Notes under the pieces: model-generated
What the model saw: the letters and a program-made list of their open reading frames with translations, nothing else
Databases searched by the model: none
Told to the model about the DNA's origin: nothing
Shown: positions 24,472 through 37,387 of the stretch, one piece after another
Layout of the letters: the number at the start of each line of letters is the position of its first letter
Position numbering within the stretch: position 1 is the first letter of the stretch
Program-made: the position numbers and the translations under genes
Assembly (NCBI GenBank): GCA_964016885.1
Contig: OZ024742.1
Span: 346,208,001-346,272,000, forward strand
Direction of reading: 5' to 3'
Origin: Eledone cirrhosa
Taxonomy: Eukaryota
Length of the DNA: 64,000 bases

Positions 24472-26835
24472 ATGGGTAATATCTATCCTACGAGGTTACC
24501 CTTTAATAAAAGAGTTTGCATACCACAACAAATAGATGACGAGACAGAGGCACAGTTCACCATAGCTAGAAATAAGATTAGACAAATAGTAGACAGGTAT
24601 ACTAAGAGACAGAGCAGACCAGAGGCCCAACAACTTGGGAGGAAACCTGTAGAAGGCTTGGTTAGCCTCAAGCAGCGCACAAGGGATGGTGAGGTAGTAT
24701 GTCTACCCACGGATAAGTCTGGTAGGATGTCAATAGATATCATGCCGAACTACATCAAGGCTCTGCAACCCCACATCACCAACACGAGCGAAATTATTGC
24801 ACAACAAACACACGATGGGAGAGAGAAAATCCTCAACGCTCACATGATGATGTGGACTGACATCGTAAAGCCAAGCAGACGCACTGCCAACAACTTCCAG
24901 GCGTCTAACAATGGCATACCACCCTCGTATGGGCTCCGTAAAGACCACAAGACAGTCGACGACCCGACGACAGGACCACCAACAAGACCCGTATGCGGAG
25001 CTAATATAGCTAGTAACTACAGGATCTCCTACTTCCTCTCAATGGTTATACGCCCCATAATCAAGATGTCCCCAGATGTATGTGACAGTACAGAGGACCT
25101 CCTCAGCAGAATCAGTGAGTGCAATAAAAACAGGAACCTATCCAACTGCATAATAGGCAGCATGGATGTGGTGTCACTGTACCCGTCCATTAACATTGAT
25201 TTTGCTGTGAAAAGATGTGTGGAGATGATCATTGAGAGTGAGGTAGAGTTCTGCGACGTCGACACAGACGAACTGGGCCTCCTACTTAGACTTACGTACG
25301 ACACTGACTACCTAGACAGCCATGACCTTAGACGTTTCTGCCCGAGTAGACCTATAAAAGGTGGACCCCCCACCATAACCTCAATGACAAAAAAGACTCC
25401 CATGGGAAGGTGGATTGGGTGGACCAAAGCTATACGTACCCCCCAAAACAATGATGAGGTAAGAAAAATGGTCGCACATGCAATAGGGGCTAGTATCAAA
25501 ACTACCCTAAAAGGCCACATATTTAAGTTCAACGAGAAGATCTACACCCAAAATGAGGGAGCAGCCACTGGCGTCAGCATAGCTGGTGATGTTGCCAACC
25601 TTTTCATGGTATGGGGGGAAAGGAGACTTAAAGAACTCCTTAATGAGAGCTCCATAGACCTCATCATGTACTCTCGTTATGTAGACGATATCAATATAGT
25701 TATAAGAACATCCCCACTAGAGAGCACTAACAAGTTTGATTTAGAACGTAGCACGATGGAAAGCATCCAGCAGATAGCTAATTCCATACACCAGAGTATA
25801 ACTGTAACTATCGACTTCTCTTCCAAACACCCTAACAATAGACTACCTGTATTAGACACAGAACTCTGGATTAACACTATAGACGAGAGAGCCCAAATTC
25901 TCCACTCACACTATACTAAACCCATGGCCTCCAAATAGCTGATACTCAAAAACTCAGCAATGTCCAGTAGTGCTAAGTTTAATATTCTGATCGCAGATTT
26001 GGTACGAGTGATGAAGAATGTGTCCCGCATGTGCGACCCAACAGAAATGGAAAGACACATCCAACACCTCATCAACTGCATGCAGTTCTCTGGCTACAAC
26101 CAAAGAGACAGAGTCAGAGTATACGAAGGAGCCATGGAGAAGTATAAGACCCTCATAGAACTGGACATGAAAGGAATTTGCCCATTATACAGGAGCAAAT
26201 CATGGAATAGCTTAGATGGGACTAAACATAAGATAGGGAAAGCCACCTCATGGTTCGGAAACCAGAGATACCAGAGTGTCATGTTTGTGGACGCTACCCC
26301 TGGAGAGAAATTAGCTAACCAGTGTAGAAAGGCCCTGAGAAAGACCCACTTAAAAATTAAGGTGGTAGAAAAGCCAGGAACCACCATAAAATCCCTGATC
26401 AGCAAAATCTACCCTTTTAAGAAAACCCACTGTACCAATAGGAAATGTATCATATGTAAGGTAAACCCCCGGATAAACTGTAAAACTAGAAACGTAGTCT
26501 ATAGCATAAGATGTACAGAGGGTACTTGCAGAAACATGACAACAACATACATAGGTGAGACAGCTCGTAGCATAGGTGAAAGGATAGACCAACACTGGGA
26601 GGAACTAAAAGGACAAAAAAACGGGTCAGTACTATACGAACATGCTAGACAACAACATGACGGTAACATAGACAACATAGAAATTAGAATAATATCTAAA
26701 CATAGAAATGACCCAGCAGATAGGCAAATCAGAGAGGCCAGTGAAATAGAAATTAGAAGACCAAGACTAAACAGAAAGAATGAATGGAATAACAACAACA
26801 CCCAAACAAGCAACACTGACCTAAGAGAAGTATAA
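24472..26835 (+). pseudogene. PLE-2 RT + GIY-YIG ORF split by one in-frame TAG (25936-25938)
   Basis: ORFs 24472-25938 and 25960-26835 are in the same frame. TDKSG, SMDVVSLYPSI, GAATG, YVDD, VLDT; CxxxxCxxC..C knuckle and VVY..C....C...YIGET.R...H...H (Neptune-like architecture). Confidence 0.9.
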
Positions 26836-27074
26836 ATAAGTAAATAAAATAAAATAAATAAATAAATAAATACATACACAAGCACAATAACAACAAGCAC
26901 ATAAACACACACTAGTCACCCATCACACAGCAAACAAAACACTATACACACACGCAAACGCATGCGCAAAGAAGACAAAATAAAATAAACAAACAAGCAA
27001 ATAAATAAATAAATATATAGACAGACTGAATAAAAATGGCATAGACATACAATACAACAGGAGGAAAAGATAGC

Positions 27075-27116
27075 ACCACTGACGATGTTGCAGATGTGCA
27101 ACGAAAGATTTATGAT
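27075..27116 (+). ncRNA. Minimal hammerhead ribozyme in the PLE-2 pseudo-LTR
   Basis: acca-CTGACGA-t-GTTGCA-gatg-TGCAAC-GAAA-gatt-TA-tgat; same architecture as 9148-9190; stem I has one mismatch. Confidence 0.7.
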
Positions 27117-27390
27117 AAACTATATATATGTGTTTGTGTCTATATTGTATCTGTATTATTTTTGACCGTCGGTCAGTCAATGGCAACATTGAGGACTGAG
27201 TAAGTTAGATTACCGATATAAAAGACACAGAAGCGAGAAGCGAAAACCAACCAAACAGTGAGTGTGTTCTGTTATTAATTCTGGCAATATTACACAAATA
27301 TGACCCTCCCCAAGTATAACAATATTTGTTTCGACACACGATTTCATATAAAAAAAAACTCGCAAAACTATATATGTATATATATATATA

Positions 27391-27795
27391 TGTAGGAGGT
27401 GAGTTTTATTGTAGTACAATAAAGCAATGCAGATATCGGATAAGATGCACTCTACAGTTTGTTGGACTGGAGTATACATAATATATAAGAACAAAAGATG
27501 GTTGAAAGAGTTCCATGTATTTTATTATGCGCATTTCAAAAACAAATATCATCCTGCAATAATATTTGTGTTTTCATCAGATAAAACAGGAGGACATGAT
27601 ATGAAGGTTAAAAAACACTTGTGGATAGTTCAGTTTTAAATCAACATAACTGAACTATCCACAAGTGTTTTTTAACCTTCATATCATGTCCTCCTGTTTT
27701 ATCTGATGAAAACACAAATATTATTGCATGATGATATTTGTTTTTGAAATGCGCATAATAAAATACATGGAACTCTTTTAACCATCTTTTGTTCT

Positions 27796-27805
<10 letters not shown>
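27391..27805. mobile_element. Small fold-back insertion of PLE family F6
   Basis: About 155-bp inverted arms around a 12-nt loop (~27636-27647), plus a ~90-nt left tail; (TA)n flanks. Confidence 0.88.
27697..27763 (+). ncRNA. Type I hammerhead ribozyme, family F6 (also 27520-27586 -, 29050-29116 -, 31400-31466 +)
   Basis: TTTTAT-CTGATGA-[aaacacaaatattatt..atgatatttgttttt]-GAAA-tgcgca-TA-ATAAAA; palindromic ATGCGCAT stem III. Confidence 0.88.
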
Positions 27806-27830
<25 letters not shown>

Positions 27831-27833
27831 GGA

Positions 27834-28250
27834 ACAAGTATGACCCCGACAGCGGAGCTCAAGCCGTTTCGACGGCTAATTCTGGACTAAATAAGAATTT
27901 TTAGCCTGGTAAATAGATAGCCGAACTTCTCAGGGGGTAATTCCATATATGGGAAGATAGTATTTGTCAAGAGGATTGGTCAAAAATTTGGTGTAGAGAC
28001 AGTTGATTCTATCAAGGCATTTGGTGGAAGGTAGGGTAGGGGTAGCTGAACTTGCCGGTAGAACAAAGAGGGAGTGGGGGAAGCCCAGTCAAGCGTTGAA
28101 AGTGAAATCTATACACCAGATTCTAAGGATAGAAGGTCGAAAAAAGTTTACTGGAAGGAGGGGGGGAGTAGATAAATCGAAAGGGAGTGAACAAACAAGC
28201 CCTTATAAAGATGAGGAGATAAATATATAAAAAAGCAAATATATAAACAA
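27834..28250 (-). mobile_element. Family F7 remnant with hammerhead at 27843-27938 (core CTGAGAA)
   Basis: Colinear with 38936-39300. Confidence 0.7.
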
Positions 28251-28923
28251 ACAGCAATTTCTGGTCACTATTCCATCCCCACAATCCCCAGAACTCTCAT
28301 TAGTATTGTTAAGCTATAGAAAAGTTTCATAGGTGGAGAAAAATGCTAAATACGGGATTGTAGTGAAAGCACTTTATAAAGCCATCTTTACAGGGGGTCT
28401 GATACCACTGCAAAAGTTAGTAGTAATAAGCCAATGCTATCTTACAATGACAGGTTAATAAGTTGAGGACAAACATACTAAAAACCTAATACGAACTATT
28501 AATTCAGAATGCTAATACATACTAATACCAAGAATACTAAAGCAAAAATACCACTAAGAATTTTATATATACATTCATATATATATATAGCTATTTCAGA
28601 GCGCCAATTCTAATTTTCAATTTTTGCTTGACCGGCAACCGCTCTGTATAATCAGTTCCTGATTATTACTAGAAATTTTATAAGAATCAAACATTCATGA
28701 TTTTCAGCAAACAGGTGGAGTACTTGCCTTTGATAAGTACCAATCAGTAGGAAACATAGCTCTGTCAGCTTTATCTCCCCTGTTTGCTGAAAATTTAAAG
28801 TAAGTGAGACTGTCACTACTCTAAAACAATAGCATAAGGTCTTCGAAATGCTTTTAATTAAGCATACAGTGTATTGCAAAATAGACTGTATATACATTCA
28901 TATATATATATATGTATATATAT

Positions 28924-31506
28924 GTAGGAGGTGAGTTTTATTGTAGTACAATAAAGCAATGCAGATATCGGATAAGAAGCACTCTACAGTTTGTGGGACT
29001 GGAGTATGCATAATATAAGATCAAAAGATGGTTAAAGGAGTTCCATATATTTTATTATGCGCATTTCAAAAACAAACATCATCAAGCAATAATATTTGTG
29101 TTTTCATCAGATAAAACAGGAGAACATGATATGAAGGCTAAAAAACACTTGTGGATAGTGCAGTTTTAAATCAACATATGAAAAGTGGTTTTAGATTGAT
29201 GTGTGATATTGGGAAAAATATTTTATTTAGAGAGGGGGGGGAAGGATGAAAAGGGAAGGAGATGAGAGGGAGAGATGGCTGATAGAGAGAAAGAGATAGT
29301 TTTTATAACTGAGAGGAGATATATTTTTTACATAGAGGGGTTGAAAACCGTTGGAAGATACTGTATAAATTAAACATTTTGAAAATTAGCGAAGGGAGGA
29401 TATGTGCGAGGAAAACATATTTTATTTAGGGAGGGGGGGGGGTGGAAAGGATGAAAAAAAGGGGGAGGAGATGAGAGTGAAGGTGGAGAGGGAGAGATGG
29501 GTGATAGAGAGAAAGAGATAGTTTTTATAACTGAGAAAAAGATATATTGTTTTAATATAGAGAGGTTGGGAACCGTTGGAAGATAATGTATAAATTAAAG
29601 GAATTTGAAAATTAACGAAGGGAAATTATGTATGAAGATAGAGAGAAAAAAATAATAATTGTGGGTGAATATTCTAACGTTAAAAGAAGAAATGTATGTA
29701 TTGTGGCAATTTCAAAATTAGCGAAGAGAAAAATTGTTAAGGTTTGTGTGTAGAAAGATTTGAGAAAAATAATGTGAAGTTAAAGTTTGTATATTGAATT
29801 GATAATACATATAAGAGTTAATATGTATTAATAATGAGTTCGTTGATGGGGAGAAAAAAATAATAATAAATTAAGGATGAAATTGAGATTAAAAAGATTT
29901 ATGATAGAGAGAAGAAATAATAATAATGATTGCGGATGAATATTCAAAATGTCAAAAACAAATGTTATTATTTTACGAGAAGATAGAATGAGGGTAATGA
30001 GTAAACGAGTATTATAGAGTGTATAATGCCCTTTAAAGTAAGGTAGATGGGTATATTTTAAAGAGGTGTATGTATATGTGCCTTTGAGAAAAGATTCTAA
30101 ATTGATAAAGAATTGAATATTAACTGTATACTTTGTGAAAAGTTCTATGGAATTTATGCAGGCAGATAGAAAACAAATCTGAGCGTCTATTTATTATAGA
30201 ATCTAGGTTAGAGATAATGGTAAATTTTTCATTTAGGCAGAGATTACAGATTTTAAAATCTAAAATCTGTAATCTCTGCCTAAATGAAAAATTTACCATT
30301 ATCTCTAACCTAGATTCTATAATAAATAGACGCTCAGATTTGTTTTCTATCTGCCTGCATAAATTCCATAGAACTTTTCACAAAGTATACAGTTAATATT
30401 CAATTCTTTATCAATTTAGAATCTTTTCTCAAAGGCACATATACATACACCTCTTTAAAATATACCCATCTACCTTACTTTAAAGGGCATTATACACTCT
30501 ATAATACTCGTTTACTCATTACCCTCATTCTATCTTATCGTAAAATAATAACATTTGTTTTTGACATTTTGAATATTCATCCGCAATCATTATTATTTTT
30601 TCTCTCTATCATAAATCTTTTTAATCTCAATTTCATCCTTAATTTATTATTATTTTTTTCTCCCCATCAACGAACTCATTATTAATACATATTAACTCTT
30701 ATATGTATTATCAATTCAATATACAAACTTTAACTTCACATTATTTTTCTCAAATCTTTCTACACACAAACCTTAACAATTTTTCTCTTCGCTAATTTTG
30801 AAATTGCCACAATACATACATTTCTTCTTTTAACGTTAGAATATTCACCCACAATTATTATTTTTTTCTCTCTATCTTCATACATAATTTCCCTTCGTTA
30901 ATTTTCAAATTCCTTTAATTTATACATTATCTTCCAACGGTTCCCAACCTCTCTATATTAAAACAATATATCTTTTTCTCAGTTATAAAAACTATCTCTT
31001 TCTCTCTATCACCCATCTCTCCCTCTCCACCTTCACTCTCATCTCCTCCCCCTTTTTTTCATCCTTTCCACCCCCTCCTCCCTAAATAAAATATTTTTTC
31101 CTCGCACATATCCTCCCTTCGTTAATTTTCAAAATGTTTAATTTATACAGTATCTTCCAACGGTTTTCAACCCCTCTATGTAAAAAATATATCTCCTCTC
31201 AGTTATAAAAACTATCTCTTTCTCTCTATCACCCATCTCTCCCTCTCATCTCCTTCCCTTTTCATCCTCCCCCCCCCCCCCCTCTCTAAATAAAATATTT
31301 TTCCCAATATCACACATCAATCTAAAACCACTTTTCATATGTTGATTTAAAACTGCACTATCCACAAGTGTTTTTTAGCCTTCATATCATGTTCTCCTGT
31401 TTTATCTGATGAAAACACAAATATTATTGCTTGATGATGTTTGTTTTTGAAATGCGCATAATAAAATATATGGAACTCCTTTAACCATCTTTTGATCTTA
31501 TATTAT
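28924..31506. mobile_element. 2.5-kb palindrome made of a duplicated, inverted PLE 3' end (family F6)
   Basis: 29010-30255 is the near-perfect reverse complement of 30261-31506 (5-nt loop). 30262-30396 encodes KICNLCLNEKFTIISNLDSIINRRSDLFSICLHKFHRTF...*, homologous to the PLE-1 C-terminus RPCDLCAAEALEIL...LNKKSEAISACKHKLHKTF. Confidence 0.9.
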
Positions 31507-31523
31507 ATGTATATATATGTATA

Positions 31524-31564
<41 letters not shown>

Positions 31565-31571
31565 ATGTTTG

Positions 31572-31755
<184 letters not shown>

Positions 31756-33255
31756 CATACATATATACATATATATATGTATATGTATGCATGTATATAT
31801 ATATGTATATATATGTATATATATATATACATATATATGTATATGTATGCATGTATATATATATATATATGTGTATATATGTCTCTATCTATCTATCTCG
31901 ATCCCCCTCCCCCAAACACACATACACCAGTCGTCAGAGGGCCTGAAAAGGACTGTAGTCACTGTAATACCCTCATTGACTGAACAGTAAAAATTAACAA
32001 AACCAAACTACTGAATTCCATTTCTCCATTCAACCAAATTCGCTGAGACAAGTTCACAGTGACCAGGAATAGAATCTCACTTGACATTCTGTTCTGATCA
32101 TAAGAGCGGGAGATTGGCGGAATCGTTAAAAAGCCGGAAAAAGTTGTTTGTATGCATTTGATTACGTCCCTTTACCTTCTGATTTCAAATCTCACTGAGG
32201 TCAACTTTGTCTTCCATCATTCCAGGGTCGATAAAATAAAGTACCAGTTACGTACTGGAGTCGATGTAAACGGCTTTTCTTTCCTCACGATGTATTGGCC
32301 TTCTTTCTAAATTCTGTCTAACATTGGCACAAGGCCAACAATTTGGGAGGAGGAGAGGAAGGAGGTTATATCAACCTCAGTATTTAACTGGTATATTATT
32401 TTATCAACCCCGGAAGAATGAAAGGCCAAGTTGACCTCGGCGTGATTTCAACTCAGAACATAGAAAGTAACAACAAAATACAGCGGAGTACGACACTCTA
32501 CTGACCCTGCTTATCCACTGCTATGTTTGTGCTTAAAATAAAGACAATTATTCTGATGATGAGGCGGTGAATTGGCAGTATCGGTAGAGGGTTGGACGTC
32601 ATGCTTTCCAGCATAGTTACGTCCCTTTACATTCTGAGTTCAAATCCCGCCGAGGTTAACTTTGTCTTTCATCCTTACGGGGTCGATAAAATAAAGTACC
32701 AGTAATGTACTGGTTATTTGCTGGCCGTGCCTAAAAGTAGAAACAATTATTCTGATGATGAGATCATATTCCCGACTTTACACTCACGACCATATTTGTA
32801 CCCTCATATATATATCCCAAGTCTTCCTATTTCTGTCTAGATCTACTTTTTCTCTCCTTTCATTATCGCTACTGTCTTTTAATAAAGATATATAGTTCCT
32901 TATTTATTGAATTGTGGGTTGGCATTAATCGACGGAGCGTCGGATACCCGGCTTCGTGGCATAGAGTTATGGCCCTTTGCGTTCTGAGTTCAAATCCCGC
33001 GGAGGTTAACTTTGCCTTTCATCATTACGGAGCCGATAAAATAAAGTACCAGTCACGTACTGTGGTCTATTTAATCGACTTTCCCCTCTCCACCCACATT
33101 GCTGTCTTTATGCCTAAATATATATTTATCTATTTCATATCTTTTATCTGTAACATCTTTGTCTGACGAACGATCCAGACGATTATTATTATCGCCTGCG
33201 ATCCAGAAACCTTTGGTAATGGAGTAGTTATATTTTGTGTTGTTTACTTTCTAAC

Positions 33256-33324
<69 letters not shown>

Positions 33325-33619
33325 TGAGAGAGAGAGAGAGAGTGAGAGAGAGAGAGAAACTAGTAACCTAAGTAAACATGAAAGAACAACCCAACTCCCA
33401 ATGTCATCGCCTCCATCTCTTGCCCTCCCTATCTCTCTGTATGGTGAGTAAATGGTGTCCCACGTGCTGGCCACCCCACAACCCCGGCGGACAGAATTGT
33501 AAGGGAGATGCGCCGGAAGAGCCATTCCATCTCGCGAAGCCCACACCTGCGGCTGGCCAGCTCAGCGCCTATGGTGGGGACATAAACCATTTTAAGAAAG
33601 CCATACAATATATTTCATA

Positions 33620-34350
33620 TTTAGTTTTGTTTCTGGTAGTTCTGGGTTCAAGTCTAGTTTTGTCTCTGGTAGTTCTGGGTTCAAGTCTAGTTTTGTTTCT
33701 GGTAGTTCTGGGTTCAAGTCTAGTTTTTTCTCTGGTAGTTCTGGGTTCAAGTCTAGTTTTGTCTCTGGTAGTTCTGGGTTCAAGTCTAGTTTTGTTTCTG
33801 GTAGTTCTGGGTTCAAGTCTAGTTTTTTCTCTGGTAGTTCTGGGTTCAAGTCTAGTTTTGTCTCTGGTAGTTCTGGGTTCAAGTCTAGTTTTGTTTCTGG
33901 TAGTTCTGGGTTCAAGTCTAGTTTTGTTTCTGGTAGTTCTGGGTTCAAGTCTAGTTTTGTTTCTGGTAGTTCTGGGTTCAAGTCTAGTTTTGTTTCTGAT
34001 AGTTCTGGGTTCAAGTCTAGTTTTGTTTCTGGTAGTTCTGGGTTCAAGTCTAGTTTTGTCTCTGGTAGTTCTGGGTTCAAGTCTAGTTTTGTTTCTGGTA
34101 GTTCTGGGTTCAAGTCTAGTTTGGTTTCTGGTAGTTCTGGGTTCAAGTCTAGTTTGGTTTCTGGTAGTTCTGGGTTCAAGTCTATTTTGTTTCTGGTAGT
34201 TCTGGGTTCAAGTCTAGTTTTGTTTCTGGTAGTTCTGGGTTCAAGTTTAGTTTTGTTTCTGGTAGTTCTGGGTTCAAGTCTAGTTTTGTTTCTGGTAGTT
34301 CTGGGTTCAAGTCTAGTTTTGTTTCTGTTAGTTCTGGGTTCAAGTCTAGT
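33620..34350. repeat. 33-bp minisatellite (~22 copies)
   Basis: Unit TAGTTTTGTTTCTGGTAGTTCTGGGTTCAAGTC. Confidence 0.95.
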
Positions 34351-35705
34351 CGGGGTTCGACTAATATTTAATCGACTTTCCCCTCCCCACAAAAGATGCT
34401 GGCCTTGTGTGTGACAGCTCACACCTATGCAGGTTTAGCTGGCCTCCTCCAAGGTATATCTCATTGGAGCTGTCTTGGGTAATTTAATGATAGTGACCCC
34501 AGTCCTATCATCTCATTTCTACAGCTGAGTAAACTGGAACAATGTGAAATAAAGTGTCTTGCTCAAGGAAACAACACATCACCCGGTCCGAGAATTGAAC
34601 TCACAACCTTTCGATTGCAAGCCCAATGCTCTAACCACTAAGCCATCCTCCTTGTGCCTTGATCAGAAACCATTATTTGACTAACAAATTATGTACTTAT
34701 GTGTACTGGAGTTTGAGGTTGTATTTACTCAAACATTAATCTCGGGCGACTCATAGTCGATCCACTTACGGTTTAGCTTCTATATGTATAATTTCTCAAT
34801 CGATCGTCACCTTAATATATTCAGAACAAACAGAGTTCTATTTGCTTTAGTGTCAAAGAGAACCATTATGTTAATATATTTGTTTCTTCAAAAGACGTTA
34901 TTTCTTTTGCTGGCTTTTGTTCGAGTTATTTACTTTGATTAAATGTGAAATTTGGCACAGAGCTGTTATTCACAACTAACGCCAACTGAATACTATCATA
35001 TAGTGAATGATATCATATCGTCTAGTTTGGTGATAGTCTTCAATTTGATACTGTCCTCGTGAATTATCTTGTCGTCACTTTTGTTTGTATGTATATGTGT
35101 GTGTATATATGTATATAGGCATGTATATGTGTGTATGTGTTCATATATGTATGTATATGTGTGTTTGGATATATGTGTGTGTATATGCATCAATATGTGT
35201 GTATATGTTCATATATGTATGTATATGTGTGTTTGGATGTATGTGTGTATGTGTATATATGTGTATGTATATGTGTGTATAAGTTCATATATGTATGTAT
35301 ATGTGTGTAGATATGCATGTATATGTGTGTTTGGATGTATGTGTGTATGTGTGTATATGTGCATGTATATGTGCATATATGTGTGTATGTATGTATATAT
35401 ATATACATATGTACGTATGTATATGTATGTATATATGAATATGTATGTATGTATATGTATGTATGTATATATGTATGTATCTAGATGTATATGAATGCTT
35501 GTATGTATATGTATATATGTATATGTATGTATGTATATGTATGTATATCTATGTACGTATATGTATGTATATGTTTGTATTTATATATATGTATGTATAT
35601 GTATGTATGTATATATATGTATATGTATGTATGTATATGTATGTATATGTATGTATGTATATATATGTATGTATATGTATGTATGTATATGTATGTATAT
35701 GTATG

Positions 35706-35737
<32 letters not shown>

Positions 35738-35767
35738 TGTATGTATGTATGTATATGTATATGTATG

Positions 35768-35799
<32 letters not shown>

Positions 35800-35821
35800 T
35801 ATATGTATGTATGTATGTATG

Positions 35822-35854
<33 letters not shown>

Positions 35855-36131
35855 GTACATATATGTATGTATACGCTAAATATTGATGTAATTCAATTCA
35901 AGCACTCGACGTACATATATCCACGTAGGATTAACGGAGTATATTTAGAATAATGAAATACAAAGTAGTTTATATGTTAAAGTCCTTTATTGATAAGGCC
36001 GTGACGACAGTGGCCACACGATTCCGTGCAGTAGCCAGTGCCATGATCTCATCAGACAGCTTAAGGTTACAATGTCCTCCGTGCGCTCTACCGATACTGC
36101 CAATCCACCTTGATGAAATGGATGGTATCTA

Positions 36132-36590
36132 AAAATAAACACCATTAATTCTATTCAGTCTGTTCTCTCTATGAGGATGTTAATCATTGAAGCTGAGCTG
36201 TGATGTTATTTCAATGTACCTGACAATACTTATATGTAGACGCTATATTTACATACAATATCATCCAGTAACAGTGAAGTCTACCGTAACTGGTACTTTA
36301 TTTTATCGACTCCGTAAGGATGAAAGGCAAAGTTAACTTCGGCGGGATTTGAACTCACAACATAAAGGGCCGTAACTCTATGCCACGGTATAGCAGGGTA
36401 TCCGACGCTCCGCCGATTAATGCCAACCATCAATGCAAATAAACACCATTAATTCTATTCAGTCTGTTCTCTCTATGAGGATGTTAATCATTGAAGCTGA
36501 ACTGTGATGTTATTTCAATGTACCTGACAATACTTATATGTAGACGCTATATTTACATACTTACAATCTCACCCAGTGACAGGGAAGTCT
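36132..36590. repeat. Local direct duplication (~150-bp block twice, separated by a SINE)
   Basis: AAATAAACACCATTAATTCTATTCAG...TTTACATAC at ~36133 and ~36437. Confidence 0.85.
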
Positions 36591-37251
36591 ATTTATAACA
36601 TTATACTGCTATTTAAGAGAGTATTGAATATGTGATCACTTTAGAATTACTTTTCAATCACCAAACATAATCGTTATTATGGTGCTTTTTAACACGGTAG
36701 ATTACCACAGATTCTACTTGGTTCTGTTTCCTAATAATTTTATTGCTGTTAAATTATTGTCTAGCAACGCTTTCAACGTTACAAGTATATTTCTACTCTT
36801 TATAGTAAATTTCTCAATTTTATCGATCAATAAACGGTTAATTTAGTCATACAAAAATAAACACAGTTTGTATAGTATGTGTATGAGATATTATAATCTG
36901 GAATGTCTGAAAAATCTGGTTAAGATTAGAGAAAATGTGATAATAATAGGTTTTTTTTTTTAATGGAAATAGTGGATTAATTTACTTCTTTCAGTAATAT
37001 GATTTCTAATTTAAGCAAAAGACCAGCCATTTTATTTATAGGTATGTAGGTCAATTTTATCGACCTCAGTACTTGACTGGTACTTTATTCACCCCGGAAG
37101 GATAAACGGCGAAGTTGACCTCACCAATTCTGCCAATTCTGGCAATCCACCACCCACACTTTCAGTAGTATAAGGATAACATCAGCTACCTAGAATACAT
37201 AAAACTTATCTCTCTCTCTTCCTCATCAACTATTTATCTCTCTTGCTCTCA

Positions 37252-37301
<50 letters not shown>

Positions 37302-37387
37302 TAACGATCGACTTTCGTCAAATCGGACCGAGGAAACAGTGTTTCCATTGGTCTTTCCAATTGCTAATACTATCTATCGGTCGCAAC

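Larger units (their letters stand above)
24276..27365 (+). mobile_element. Penelope-like retroelement 2 (PLE-2), 5'-truncated, with inverted pseudo-LTR
   Basis: 24288-24416 is the reverse complement of ~27169-27298; (TA)n flanks; RT + GIY-YIG coding region; hammerhead at 27075-27116. Confidence 0.9.

Noticed and set aside
25936-25938. Programmed readthrough or selenocysteine in PLE-2
   Set aside because: The stop is TAG, not TGA, at a position where Tyr (TAY) is plausible, and the copy is 5'-truncated; a simple nonsense mutation is the simplest explanation.
33378-34422. 273/276-aa repeat ORFs (LVVLGSSLVLF / PETKLDLNPEL)
   Set aside because: Translations of the 33-bp minisatellite.
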